Assembly: GCF_055900595.2 (NCBI RefSeq)
Contig: NZ_CM148325.1
Direction: 5' to 3' (one strand)
DNA length: 64,000 nt
This document shows positions 1-10,164 of the stretch, in pieces. The notes below the pieces were generated by a model. That model worked only from the letters and a program-made list of their open reading frames with translations, searched no databases and was not told where the DNA came from. Made by a program: the position numbers and the translations under genes. Position 1 is the first letter of the stretch, and every line of letters starts with the position of its first letter.

Positions 1-461
1 ACGCATTTGCCTATACGTTAGCAATTCTTTACTACGAAAACTTTAAAAATGCTTATCGTTCGGAGCAGGGATATATTAAAAAAGATGTTCTGATAAAAGA
101 TATTCTTTTCTATCTGAATAATAATTATCGCGAAAAAATCACTTTAGAGCAGTTATCGAAAAAATTTCGTGCCAGCGTCAGTTATATTTGCCATGAATTT
201 ACCAAAGAGTATCGTATTTCCCCTATTAACTATGTTATTCAACGGCGTATGACGGAAGCGAAATGGTCACTCACCAATACTGAATTATCACAGGCAGAGA
301 TCTCCTGGCGTGTGGGTTATGAAAATGTCGATCACTTTGCCAAACTGTTTTTGCGCCATGTCGGCTGTTCGCCCAGCGATTACCGCAGGCAATTTAAAAA
401 CTGTTTTGCGGAACAAGAAATCTTATCTGAATTTCCTCAACCGGTAAGTCTTGCCGGATAA
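1..461 (+). CDS. ydiP: AraC-family transcriptional regulator, C-terminal HTH portion; 5' end lies outside the window
   Basis: Open frame runs from the window edge to TAA at 459-461; C-terminal AraC-type HTH sequence (ISWRVGYENVDHFAKLFLRHVGCSPSDYRR); convergent with ydiO as in E. coli. Confidence 0.7.
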   Translation, partial: AFAYTLAILYYENFKNAYRSEQGYIKKDVLIKDILFYLNNNYREKITLEQLSKKFRASVSYICHEFTKEYRISPINYVIQRRMTEAKWSLTNTELSQAEISWRVGYENVDHFAKLFLRHVGCSPSDYRRQFKNCFAEQEILSEFPQPVSLAG

Positions 462-503
462 ATCTGGCGGCGCAGTTTGTTAAGAAGCTGCGCCGCCTGC
501 AGA

Positions 504-1655
504 TTATTTGTTCTGATAATCTTTCAGGATCTGCCGACCCGCTACGTAAATCATAATTTCGTCTGTACCGCCGCCGATACGTTCACAACGGACATCACGC
601 CAGAAGCGAGAGACGCGCGCCTCATCGGTATAGCCCAGACCGCCCATGATTTGAATCGCATCATCAATAACTTCCATTGCGGTACGTGCGCAGTACAGTT
701 TTGCCAGCGCCGCGCTGGTGCGCAGTGACTGATGCTGATCGGCTTGCCATGCCACTTTCAACACCATGTTGCGCATGTTGTCGATCTTAATCGCCATCAG
801 CGCCAGTTTTTCCTGGATCATCTGGTTATGACCAATGGGTTTACCAAAAGCGATACGTTGGTTGGCATAGCGGGCGGCATCTTCGAATGCGCATTCGGCA
901 AAGCCGGTGCTGCGCGCGGCGTTGATCAGGCGCTCCATCTCAAAGTTGTACATCACATTGAGGAAACCCATTCCTTCTTCGCCCACCATGTCGCTCTCTT
1001 CAACCTCTACGTTGTCGAGATAGACTTCGCAGGTGCTGAGCATATGCCAGCCGATTTTATGCAGCGGGTTAATCTTAATGCCGGGCTTACTGGAGTCGAC
1101 CCACCACAGGGTGAAGGCTTTTTTGGGATCTTTCGGTTCTGGATCGCGCGCCAGCACCAGCATATATGGGTACTCTTTCGCGCCGGTAATAAAGGTTTTC
1201 TGGCCGTTGATGTAAACCTTGCCATTTTTACGCGTGTAAGTGGTAGTGGCACTGTTATTGTCTGAGCCTGCGCCTGGTTCCGTCAACGCCAGGGCATAGG
1301 CGGGATCACCCGTTTCCAGGGTGCTCTCTGCCGTTTTACGTAGCTGCTCAGCAGAACCGAAACGGCGCATGCTGTGAATACATTGACCGTTGGTAATCAA
1401 AAATGCCGGAGCACCGCATTTTGACACTTCCATCAGCGCCAACATCTGGGTGACGTAATCCGCAGGGATGCCACCAAATTCTTCCGGCACGCCAAGCATA
1501 GAAATGCCGTTATCCGCCAGTGCCTGCATAAACTCACGCGGGTATGTCCCGTTTTGATCGCAGGTGCGGAAATACTCTTCCGGGAAGTTGGTCGTAATCA
1601 ATTCGCGAATACTGGCCAGCAGCAGTTCTTGTTCTTCAGTTAAAGAAAAATCCAT
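504..1655 (-). CDS. ydiO: acyl-CoA dehydrogenase (383 aa from internal ATG, MDFSLTEEQ...)
   Basis: ORF 504..1709; acyl-CoA dehydrogenase fold motifs; ATG at 1653-1655 preceded by AGGAGTA RBS gives the 383-aa product; synteny with ydiF. Confidence 0.85.
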   Translation of the reverse strand: MDFSLTEEQELLLASIRELITTNFPEEYFRTCDQNGTYPREFMQALADNGISMLGVPEEFGGIPADYVTQMLALMEVSKCGAPAFLITNGQCIHSMRRFGSAEQLRKTAESTLETGDPAYALALTEPGAGSDNNSATTTYTRKNGKVYINGQKTFITGAKEYPYMLVLARDPEPKDPKKAFTLWWVDSSKPGIKINPLHKIGWHMLSTCEVYLDNVEVEESDMVGEEGMGFLNVMYNFEMERLINAARSTGFAECAFEDAARYANQRIAFGKPIGHNQMIQEKLALMAIKIDNMRNMVLKVAWQADQHQSLRTSAALAKLYCARTAMEVIDDAIQIMGGLGYTDEARVSRFWRDVRCERIGGGTDEIMIYVAGRQILKDYQNK

Positions 1656-1668
1656 CATTATACTCCTG

Positions 1669-3264
1669 TTAATGAGCCGCTTCAGGCAGGACAAAACCCA
1701 TCGCCGCATCGATAAATAATCTTTCGTCCATCAGTTTGAGTTCTGGCGAAATCACTGGGGTGAAATCCATTTTGTCGAGAATATCTTTTTGTAAATCGAC
1801 GCCAGGAGCGATTTCGATTAAATGCAGGCCGTCTTCTTTTAGCGTGAATACGGCGCGCTCAGTGATATAACGAACATCCAGTCCTCGCTCGAGAGCGATT
1901 TTTCCGCTGAAAGTAATTTCCGGTAGTTCCCGAATAAATTTCTTCACCCGTCCTTCCTGGACGATATTTAATTTTCCGTCGGTAATTTCTGTTTTTAAAC
2001 TGCCCGCAGTTAATGTGCTGCAGAAAACGATTTTCTTCGAAGTGGCACTGATATCAATAAATCCACCGGTGCCCATGATTTTACCATTGAATTTATGCAC
2101 GCCGACGTTACCGTGCTGGTCGACTTCAGCAAAACTCAAATAACAAACATCCAGACCACCACCGTGATAAAAATCAAACTGGGACGTCATATCCAGAATG
2201 GCACGGGTATTCACGTTCGCGCCAAAGGCGATCCCCTGTGAAGTAATACCGCCAATTGGGCCTGTTTCTACCGTCAGAATAAAGTCATCAGCACAACCTT
2301 CTTCCCGGGCGACCAGGCCAATGCCGTCGGCAATACCGACGCCGACATTCCCCACCGCGCCTTTGCGCATTTCGAATAATGCGCGCCGCGCAACTAATTT
2401 ACGTTGGTTTAGGGGTAGGCTAAGTTTGGTGCTGTCATCAAGGGTGAAGTCACCAGAAATAAAGCGGTTAACCGGCGCACCGCCATACAGTTGGGTTTGA
2501 TCCGGATCGACTACCACAATATCCACCAGATAACCCGGAATACGGACAGATTTAGGATGCAGCGTGGCTTTCTTAACCATCTTCTGCACCTGCATCATCA
2601 CAATACCGCCGTTATTGTGCACCGCCTGAGCAATAACCAATGCGTCGAGATACATCACCTCATCTTCAAAAGTGGCGTAGCCTTCACTGTCGCAGGTGGT
2701 AGCGCGAATGAAGGCGATATCTGGCGCTATCGCTTTGTAATAGAGATATTCTTTGTTATCAAACTCGACCAGTTTAATCAGGTCTTCTTTAGTGACTTCA
2801 TTCAGTTTGCCGCCTTGCTGGCGTGGATCGACAAATGTTCCGATGCCAATATCACTAATAATACCAGGCTGGTGGGCTGCGGCGGCGCGTAAGGTTTGTG
2901 TAAGTACACCTTGTGGATAGTTATAAGCAATAATTTTATTTTGTTCTGCGAGATCAGAAATACGCGGCGATTGTCCCCAGTGACCGCATAATGCCCATTT
3001 CACCAGACCTTCTTGCGCCAGCGGACTAATACCACGGTCGGCGCGATCGCCAAGCCCTGTTGGACTAATAATCGATAAATTACGTGGTGTTTGAGTCTGT
3101 TTATATTTATCAGCAAGAGCAGTAATTAACGTGGTGGCTTCCAGAATACCGCCGCCAGCGCCTAACACACAAAGTGTTGCTTCGTCGGGAATATAATTCA
3201 CCGCTTCCTGTGCCGACAGGACCGGCACTCGTCCATTAATACGAGGTGGTTTTACAGGTTTCAT
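1669..3264 (-). CDS. ydiF: fused alpha/beta short-chain acyl-CoA:acetate CoA-transferase (531 aa)
   Basis: 531-aa ORF with family I CoA-transferase character; position between aroD and ydiO. Confidence 0.85.
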   Translation of the reverse strand: MKPVKPPRINGRVPVLSAQEAVNYIPDEATLCVLGAGGGILEATTLITALADKYKQTQTPRNLSIISPTGLGDRADRGISPLAQEGLVKWALCGHWGQSPRISDLAEQNKIIAYNYPQGVLTQTLRAAAAHQPGIISDIGIGTFVDPRQQGGKLNEVTKEDLIKLVEFDNKEYLYYKAIAPDIAFIRATTCDSEGYATFEDEVMYLDALVIAQAVHNNGGIVMMQVQKMVKKATLHPKSVRIPGYLVDIVVVDPDQTQLYGGAPVNRFISGDFTLDDSTKLSLPLNQRKLVARRALFEMRKGAVGNVGVGIADGIGLVAREEGCADDFILTVETGPIGGITSQGIAFGANVNTRAILDMTSQFDFYHGGGLDVCYLSFAEVDQHGNVGVHKFNGKIMGTGGFIDISATSKKIVFCSTLTAGSLKTEITDGKLNIVQEGRVKKFIRELPEITFSGKIALERGLDVRYITERAVFTLKEDGLHLIEIAPGVDLQKDILDKMDFTPVISPELKLMDERLFIDAAMGFVLPEAAH

Positions 3265-3408
3265 TGTTAATTCCTGATTCAGGTGTGATTTTCCCTACGC
3301 CAGATGGAGAATTAGAGCGCAGAGACTCACGAAATATTTTTATTAAATACGGTTGAATATATTTTTTTAGTTCGGCGGGGGAGGGTATTCCCGCCGAAAT
3401 ATTATTGC

Positions 3409-4167
3409 TTATGCCTGATGTAAAATAGTTAATACCGTGCGCAAATCATTTACCGAGATTTGCCCTGGCGCAGAGGCTTTTTTTACCGCACCAAAAGTTG
3501 CCGCCGAGCCAAATACTTCACCAGCCAGACGAGAAATTACGCCAGTTTTTGCCATTGACATCGTGATGATTGGACGATCGGCATACTGCTCCTGCATCTC
3601 CAGGGTCGCAGCAAGCAACGTCAGCACATCGCTGGTACTTTGCGGCATCAGCGCAATCTTAGGAATATCGGCATCGAAGGACTGCATTTTGCGCAGACGG
3701 GCAATGATTTCTTCGGCTTCCGGCGTTTTATGGAAGTCGTGGTTGGACATGACAACTTTCACATCATGCGCGTGGGCGTAGGCGACGGTTTCTTTAACCT
3801 GATCATCGCCGGTAAATAACTCCAGATCGATCATATCAACCAGGCCACTATCGATGGCTGCACGATTGAGTGCAATATAAGCCTCGGTGGAAATCGCCTG
3901 CTCGCCGCCTTCTTTGGCACTGCGGAAGGTAAACAGCAGTGGTTTTTCTGGCATGGTTTCACGGAGAATTTTTGCTGCCGCCATGACAGACTCCACATTG
4001 GAGAGGTCGGCATAGTGGTCCACACGCCATTCCAGAATATCAAAGTCCGCTTCACGATAGGCGAGAGCTTCGGATTTCACGCTGGCGATATCTTTCGCCA
4101 TCAGCGAGACGATGATTTTAGGTGCGCCCGTACCAATGACGAGATCTTTTACAGTTACGGTTTTCAT
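3409..4167 (-). CDS. aroD: 3-dehydroquinate dehydratase, type I (252 aa)
   Basis: 252-aa ORF recognised as AroD ([30 protein letters not shown]...). Confidence 0.95.
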   Translation of the reverse strand: MKTVTVKDLVIGTGAPKIIVSLMAKDIASVKSEALAYREADFDILEWRVDHYADLSNVESVMAAAKILRETMPEKPLLFTFRSAKEGGEQAISTEAYIALNRAAIDSGLVDMIDLELFTGDDQVKETVAYAHAHDVKVVMSNHDFHKTPEAEEIIARLRKMQSFDADIPKIALMPQSTSDVLTLLAATLEMQEQYADRPIITMSMAKTGVISRLAGEVFGSAATFGAVKKASAPGQISVNDLRTVLTILHQA

Positions 4168-4197
4168 TTTTTACCCTTTCTGCACGCGGTCAGCCTG

Positions 4198-5064
4198 TCA
4201 GGCACCGAACCCCATGACCTGTTTAACATATTCCAGAGGGAAATCTTTGCCAGTCCATAACGTGAACTGTTCAGCCCCTTGCCACAACAACATGCCGTAT
4301 CCATCAATCGTTTTGCAACCAGCTTGTTGCGCCTGCTGCAATAACTTCGTCATATGCGGGTTATACACGCATTCAGTGACCAGAAGTCCCGGATGTAACA
4401 GACTGATATCATTAACCAATGATTCATTCTCAAGGGGTTTCATACCCACTTTTGTGCCATTGGTTAAAATGTCGGCGGAAGCCAGGGCTTCAGCAAAGGC
4501 TTGCTGATCGGCGAGATCGGTAACCGTGACGACACAATCGGTGTTTTCGTTAACCCGCTGCGCGAAGGCGAGGGCTTTATCGAAGAACTCATCCCGACGG
4601 TTAAAGAGTTTAATTTCTTTTAAACCTTCAATTGCCCCCTGCGCGCCAATCGCCGTTGAGGCACCTCCGGCCCCTAACAGCACCATTGTTTTGCCTTTGA
4701 TATCAAAACCGCTCTCTTTAATGGCGCGAATATGGCCCGTGCCGTCGGTGTTATAGCCACGCAGATAGCCATCATCATTAACGATGGTGTTGATGGCACC
4801 CACAAGTTTGGCCGCTGGTGTTAATTCATCAACATATTCACACGCCAGTTGTTTGTTCGGCATTGATACACCAGTTCCGCGCATTTTGAGGGCTTTTAAT
4901 CCTTCAATTGCTCCGGGAAAACTATCGTTATCCACTTCAAAGGCCATATAGGTAAATGGCAATCCCGCTTTTTCTAAGGCTTTATTCTGCATTTCAGGCG
5001 ATAAACTGTGGCGGATAGGATAGGCCATCAACCCAATCAATTCGTATTTTGCGGTAACATCCAT
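4198..5064 (-). CDS. ydiB: quinate/shikimate dehydrogenase (288 aa)
   Basis: 288-aa ORF, shikimate dehydrogenase family with GAGGA Rossmann motif; immediately upstream of aroD. Confidence 0.9.
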
Positions 5065-5075
5065 AATTAACTCCT

Positions 5076-6341
5076 TTAACCTCTATGCTTAATTGTGTTT
5101 AACCGGGTGCTAAATTTACGCTCGCCAAACCGCACATCATTCTCAGGAATAATAAAAACGCGGTAATAGCGGATAAAAACAATAATTGCGGTAATCAGGG
5201 CCAGCAGCGCGAAAGTAAAATCGAGAACGATGATATATTGCAGGCCGATGTTCGACAGATAACCGGTAATCAGCGGAATAACAAAATTAGCCAATCCACC
5301 CATCATCATATAAATACTGGTGACTTTGGCTTTGCTTTTGGGGAAAAACTCTGACATGACCGAAACGCCGAGCTGTAAAATGCCGCCAGCTGCTGAGAAA
5401 CCGATAACAAAGGCTCCGGCATTACACACCAGTGGAGAAGGGTACAGGTAGATAATGGCTGATGTTATTGTTGCCAGTGCAGAGTTAAATACATTAGCCC
5501 ATATGGGCCGGACCATTTTTTTCAGTAGTGCGGCAAAAATAAAGACACAGACCAACGAGCCCATACTGTAATAAGAGATGGTTTTTAATGCCTCAGCTTC
5601 TGACATACCAGCAAAAGCCATCGCATATTTGGGCATCCACACCACAATCACATAAAAGGTCGAGAATGCAGCTACACCGAACAGTACCGATGAAACACCT
5701 TCCAGCCAGACTAACGGTTTGCTGTTCATTTGCGGTAATTCATTAGCTACGCTGGCGTCCACCAACTGGTTGGGGAATTTGCTTTTCAATAGCATCAGCG
5801 TGATCAGTACAAACAGAATACCCGGAATAATCAGCCCATAGCCGTACCAGATGTTATTGAGCAACATATAGCTCACCAGCATTGGGTAGAACATTTGTCC
5901 GAATGACACCATCGCTTTAACCAGTATGACCGCCGAACCAGAGGCTTTCGGAAAGCATTCCATGAGCGCAGGGTAGCCACCCGTATCCAGCGCTGAGTTA
6001 GCGATACCTACGCACACTGCCAGACAGTAGGCGAGAGTTAAATTCGGGCAAGCGGGAATACCAAAGAAGAATAGCAGATACATTATTACTGCCATTAATA
6101 TCACCGCCCGACGACCAAACTTATCGGAGATCACACCGAAGAATAAAATACTGATCAATCGCCCCAAACCGATACCGGAAATTAAATAGGCAATGCCCGC
6201 GTTGTCAGTGGAAAACTTTTCTGCCAGAGATGACATATTTTGGGCAAGCGTTATAACACTAATGCCGTGCAGGAAATAGCTAAAGTAAATACAAAGAACA
6301 GCCAGGATAAATGGCGTGCTGAAAGCCTTATTTTGAGACAT
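5076..6341 (-). CDS. ydiN: MFS transporter (421 aa from ATG; ORF track adds a GTG-Lys extension)
   Basis: 12-TM-like hydrophobic ORF; ATG at 6339-6341 gives MSQNKAF...; synteny ydiN-ydiB-aroD. Confidence 0.85.
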
Positions 6342-6567
6342 TTTCACAGCTCCTTGCTGAAAGATAATTTCGTTACCGTACGTATTGTTCTCCGACGGTT
6401 TACATAATTACTATACTGAAGATGATTTTCCCTGGGTACATGGCATAAAGTTTATGTTTCCAGGAATATTGCATGTCATAGTTTGTTTTTTATCGCGATT
6501 TTCCTTAGTTGGCGCAGAAAGAGTTATTTATCCGTAAGATCTTGCATGACCTGAAAAGAATATTGCA

Positions 6568-7782
6568 TTACCCACCCGGAGCGACATTTTCCTTTAGCGA
6601 GTGATGCCACGTTTCTTTGCGGCTGCGTAAGCTGATAAACAGTGCCAGTAAAAAGCCGATGGCAGCGATGGCGGTATCGAACCACATAATATCGGCAATA
6701 CTTCTTTGGGATAGATGAGCCGTAATCAACGGAATAGTAAAGGTCGCAATACTGCCCGCACTGTAATAGATCCCTGTAGCTTTACCTTTAGCGTAGGGGA
6801 AACGTTCAGCCATTAATGTCAGGCCAATTTGCACAACACCTCCAGCAGAGGTAAAACCAATGACAAAAGCAAATATTATCACCACATAAAATGTGGGATG
6901 CAGACAGACGGTAAACAGAGCAATAAATGAGATAAAGGTGTACAGCATGAGTAATGTTGTTGGGCGAACGGTATTACGAATGAGTGGAGCGGTAATAAAT
7001 ACACAAAGCAGCGAACCCACGGTGTAGATACTGAGTAGTTTGATCGACATAGTGTATGACATGCCTGCAACAAATTGTCCGTACTGTGCCAGCCACTGGC
7101 TAACCAGATAAAAGGTTGCCATTGAGATATAGCCATATAAGGTATAACTGGCTAAATCGATAATTGAACAGCGATGTTCCGTAGAGTTGGTGGCTTTCTC
7201 TATGACAGGTAAGCGACGACCCGGATGGGGTGGGAACGTACAACGGTATAAAAACAGAGCATTAATAAACATAATGCCTGCGGCAATCATAAAGGACCAG
7301 CCGAACCACAGTTCAGCCCACACTAACAGGCTGATGATTAGCGGTAATAAAAATTGCCCGCTGGAAACAAATGCTTTAATTAAAATATTAGCTGTACCCG
7401 GTGAACGTGGAAAAGCTTCCATCAAACTGGGATAGGTGCCTGCATCGAGAAAACTGTTTGCCATTCCCGCCAGAAAGCCCAAACCATAAGCGATAATGAT
7501 GTTATTGGTGTGCAGGATGCCAAAAAAGAAGGCCATATAGCAGCACATCCCGAGCATGATAAAAGGGCGGCGACCAAAGCGATCGGATAATAATCCTGCA
7601 AAAAGCAAGACACTTAATCGACCAATACCCAGCGATGAGATAACTATTGAGACGCCTGCGGCATTAGTCTGCCAAAGCGTCTCCAGCGAGGCCATATTCA
7701 GGCTCATCAAAATGACGCCCATACCATGCACCAGGTAATTAAAATACAACCCAAGTGCGGTAGGGAAATAGGGATTTTTCAT
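6568..7782 (-). CDS. ydiM: MFS transporter (404 aa), paralogous to ydiN
   Basis: 404-aa hydrophobic ORF with MFS D-R-x-G-R-R motif (SDRFGRRP); synteny. Confidence 0.85.
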   Translation of the reverse strand: MKNPYFPTALGLYFNYLVHGMGVILMSLNMASLETLWQTNAAGVSIVISSLGIGRLSVLLFAGLLSDRFGRRPFIMLGMCCYMAFFFGILHTNNIIIAYGLGFLAGMANSFLDAGTYPSLMEAFPRSPGTANILIKAFVSSGQFLLPLIISLLVWAELWFGWSFMIAAGIMFINALFLYRCTFPPHPGRRLPVIEKATNSTEHRCSIIDLASYTLYGYISMATFYLVSQWLAQYGQFVAGMSYTMSIKLLSIYTVGSLLCVFITAPLIRNTVRPTTLLMLYTFISFIALFTVCLHPTFYVVIIFAFVIGFTSAGGVVQIGLTLMAERFPYAKGKATGIYYSAGSIATFTIPLITAHLSQRSIADIMWFDTAIAAIGFLLALFISLRSRKETWHHSLKENVAPGG

Positions 7783-7880
7783 AGGTTCTACTTAGCAAAG
7801 GTGCTTTAAAAAGTGAAGCGATGTTGTGTCAGCATCCGTTCATTATTGTTATAACAACGACAATTCCTTTCTTTGGAAAA

Positions 7881-8237
7881 TTAACAAAGGCGCTCCAGAT
7901 CGTGTGCATATAATTCAGCGGCTACCGATTGATAGATCTTCCAGTCAATAAAATTGCCATCAGGGTAGACACGTTGAAACGCGGTTAAGTCAGGGAAAAA
8001 ACGCATGGTGTTGTTGCCGATGCGGTTATTTATTTTCTCTATGATGGCATGAAGATGTTTTTTTCGTTGCTGTCGCATAGCCAACAGTTGCTCGACCACA
8101 CGATCAGGAATGGCGCATTTGCCATTTTCCCACTGACGCCAGCTTTCACTGTCACCGGTCTGGGCAATCCAGGTCGCGCATTCATCAATAGTCATGGCAA
8201 AAATATGGCGAAGTGCCTGGAGTTCATAAGCGTTCAT
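7881..8237 (-). CDS. ydiL: small DUF1870-family protein (118 aa from MNAYELQALR)
   Basis: ORF 7881..8264; internal ATG gives the 118-aa form; synteny next to rprA. Confidence 0.75.
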   Translation of the reverse strand: MNAYELQALRHIFAMTIDECATWIAQTGDSESWRQWENGKCAIPDRVVEQLLAMRQQRKKHLHAIIEKINNRIGNNTMRFFPDLTAFQRVYPDGNFIDWKIYQSVAAELYAHDLERLC

Positions 8238-8375
8238 CGTGTAATGGCTGCATGAAATAAACAATAAAATATAAATAACATTATCAGCCTGCCGACGGCT
8301 TGAAGAGAGTCACAGTATCTTGTGCAACATTATTGGAAAGAGTGAGGGGGCGAGGTAGCGAAGCGGAAAAATGTT

Positions 8376-8481
8376 AAAAAAAAGCCCATCGTGGGAGATG
8401 GGCAAAGACTACACACAGCAATTCGTTGTTTCACTCAGGGGATTTCCATGCTTATAAATCAATATGTTGATTTATAACCGT
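8376..8481 (-). ncRNA. rprA: RprA small regulatory RNA (rpoS translational activator)
   Basis: Minus-strand sequence ACGGUUAUAAAUCAACAUAUUGAUUUAUAAGCAUGGAAAUCCCCUGAGUGAAACAACGAAUUGCUGUGUGUAGUCUUUGCCCAUCUCCCACGAUGGGCUUUUUUUU recognised as RprA; ends in a GC hairpin plus U8 terminator; located between ydiK and ydiL. Confidence 0.9.
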
Positions 8482-8666
8482 GAGCTAATAGTAGGCATAC
8501 GGACTTTTTGCGTCGATCAGATTCGTCTCATTAGTTTAAAAACTGTAAAGAATTTGCGACAGGTACTACCAGCTGAATGGCGGTAAGCAGGAAAATATAG
8601 TGAAGAGCAAGCAAATATCAATTAGCGGTGGTTAACAATCAGGCGGCAGAACCGCCTGATGAGAAA

Positions 8667-9779
8667 TTACTTATTCGGTTTCTCGATTTCGCCAAGTTCT
8701 TCGAGAATTTCTTCCGGTTGATCCGTCGGCGGTGGGACCTCTTCCACCCACGCGGCAAACAGACGCCAGGAAACGGCTAACAGAACCGGACCAATAAACA
8801 GACCGATCATCCCGAAAGCAATCAAACCACCAATAACGCCAGAGAGGATCAGGATCAGCGGTAAATCGGCACCCATGCGAATTAACATTGGGCGGATGAC
8901 GTTATCCAGCGTGCCAACCACACCGCTCCACACTAACAATACCGTTCCCCAGGTGGTATCGCCGGTCCAGTAGAGCCAGATAATCGCCGGAATCAGTACC
9001 GGCAATGGGCCAAGCTGGACAAGGCAGGAGAGGATCATTAACACCGTGAGCAACGTTGCATAAGGTACGCCGGATACCGCGAGGCCGATACCACCAAGCA
9101 CTGCCTGTACTAACGCAGTCACCACAACACCCAGCGCCACTGCGCGGATAGCTTGTGCCGCTAGCAGCACGGCGGCATCTCCACGAACGCCTGCCAGACG
9201 GGTAGCAAAATGGCGAATGCCTTGCGCCACTTGTTCACCGCGCCAGTACAGCAGGGCGCTGAAGAGAAGCATCAGCGCACAATGCACCATAAAGCGCCCG
9301 ATATGCGCCGCCTGCCCAACGAACCAGGTGGTGGTGGTGCCAATATAAGGACGGACTTTCGCCATGATCGCCGTACCCCCCATATCCAGCAAGTTGTGCC
9401 AGCCTGCATATAGCTTCGCGCCAATCACCGGAATGGTATTAAGCCACGCCAGATCGGGTAACGTCATGTCACCGCTGGAAATAGCTTTAATAAGCGGGCC
9501 GCTGCCATCGACAATACTGTTAACCAACAAGGCAATAGGGATGATAAACACCATCACTAATAACAGCGTCATCACCAGAACGGCGAGAGAGCGGCGGCCA
9601 AACATTATCTTTTGCAAACGTAACAATACCGGCCAGGTGGCGATAACCACCGTACCGGCCCATGCAAAGCCGAGAATAAAGGGTTGAACAATCCACAGAC
9701 ATGCCACAATCATGATGGCTAAAAACAGCACCGAAAGCAGAATTTGTGCGACATCCCTGGGCTGACGAACATTTACCAT
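8667..9779 (-). CDS. ydiK: AI-2E/UPF0118 family inner-membrane transporter (370 aa)
   Basis: 370-aa multi-TM ORF; synteny. Confidence 0.85.
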   Translation of the reverse strand: MVNVRQPRDVAQILLSVLFLAIMIVACLWIVQPFILGFAWAGTVVIATWPVLLRLQKIMFGRRSLAVLVMTLLLVMVFIIPIALLVNSIVDGSGPLIKAISSGDMTLPDLAWLNTIPVIGAKLYAGWHNLLDMGGTAIMAKVRPYIGTTTTWFVGQAAHIGRFMVHCALMLLFSALLYWRGEQVAQGIRHFATRLAGVRGDAAVLLAAQAIRAVALGVVVTALVQAVLGGIGLAVSGVPYATLLTVLMILSCLVQLGPLPVLIPAIIWLYWTGDTTWGTVLLVWSGVVGTLDNVIRPMLIRMGADLPLILILSGVIGGLIAFGMIGLFIGPVLLAVSWRLFAAWVEEVPPPTDQPEEILEELGEIEKPNK

Positions 9780-9989
9780 AACTACTTTTCACCTTTTTTG
9801 TGCGTCAAATCGTCGACGCGACGTGAACACGCGAAACTCACCTGCATAATGATGAGCAATTTCAGCGGTTTTTAACAGGCCGATTCTGCCCTTAATTCTG
9901 ATGGGCGTGTTAGAAAAAAATGTGGTACAACAACTCAGGCAACACGCAAACGATTTACTCGTCGTATTTCAAATTGCATGTGCTGCGGC

Positions 9990-10075
9990 TACGTTCGTTC
10001 ACCCCAGTCACTTACTTTGTAAGCTCCTGGAGTTCACTCGCTTGCCGCCTTCCTGCAACTCGAAATCCATAGAGT
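9990..10075. repeat. Structured intergenic repeat-like element, possibly a box C-type repeat
   Basis: GC-rich segment cgttcaccccagtcacttactttgtaagctcctggagttcactcgcttgccgccttcctgcaactcgaaatcc with internal inverted repeat (cttac/gtaag); resembles an E. coli intergenic repeat family from memory; not verified. Confidence 0.3.
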
Positions 10076-10164
10076 AAACAAACATCACCTTTCAGTGCGC
10101 TATTAGCAGCCTGAAAGAACAGTGTATCGTTCTACATCACAGACCGCAGGAAAGGGTCAATATA

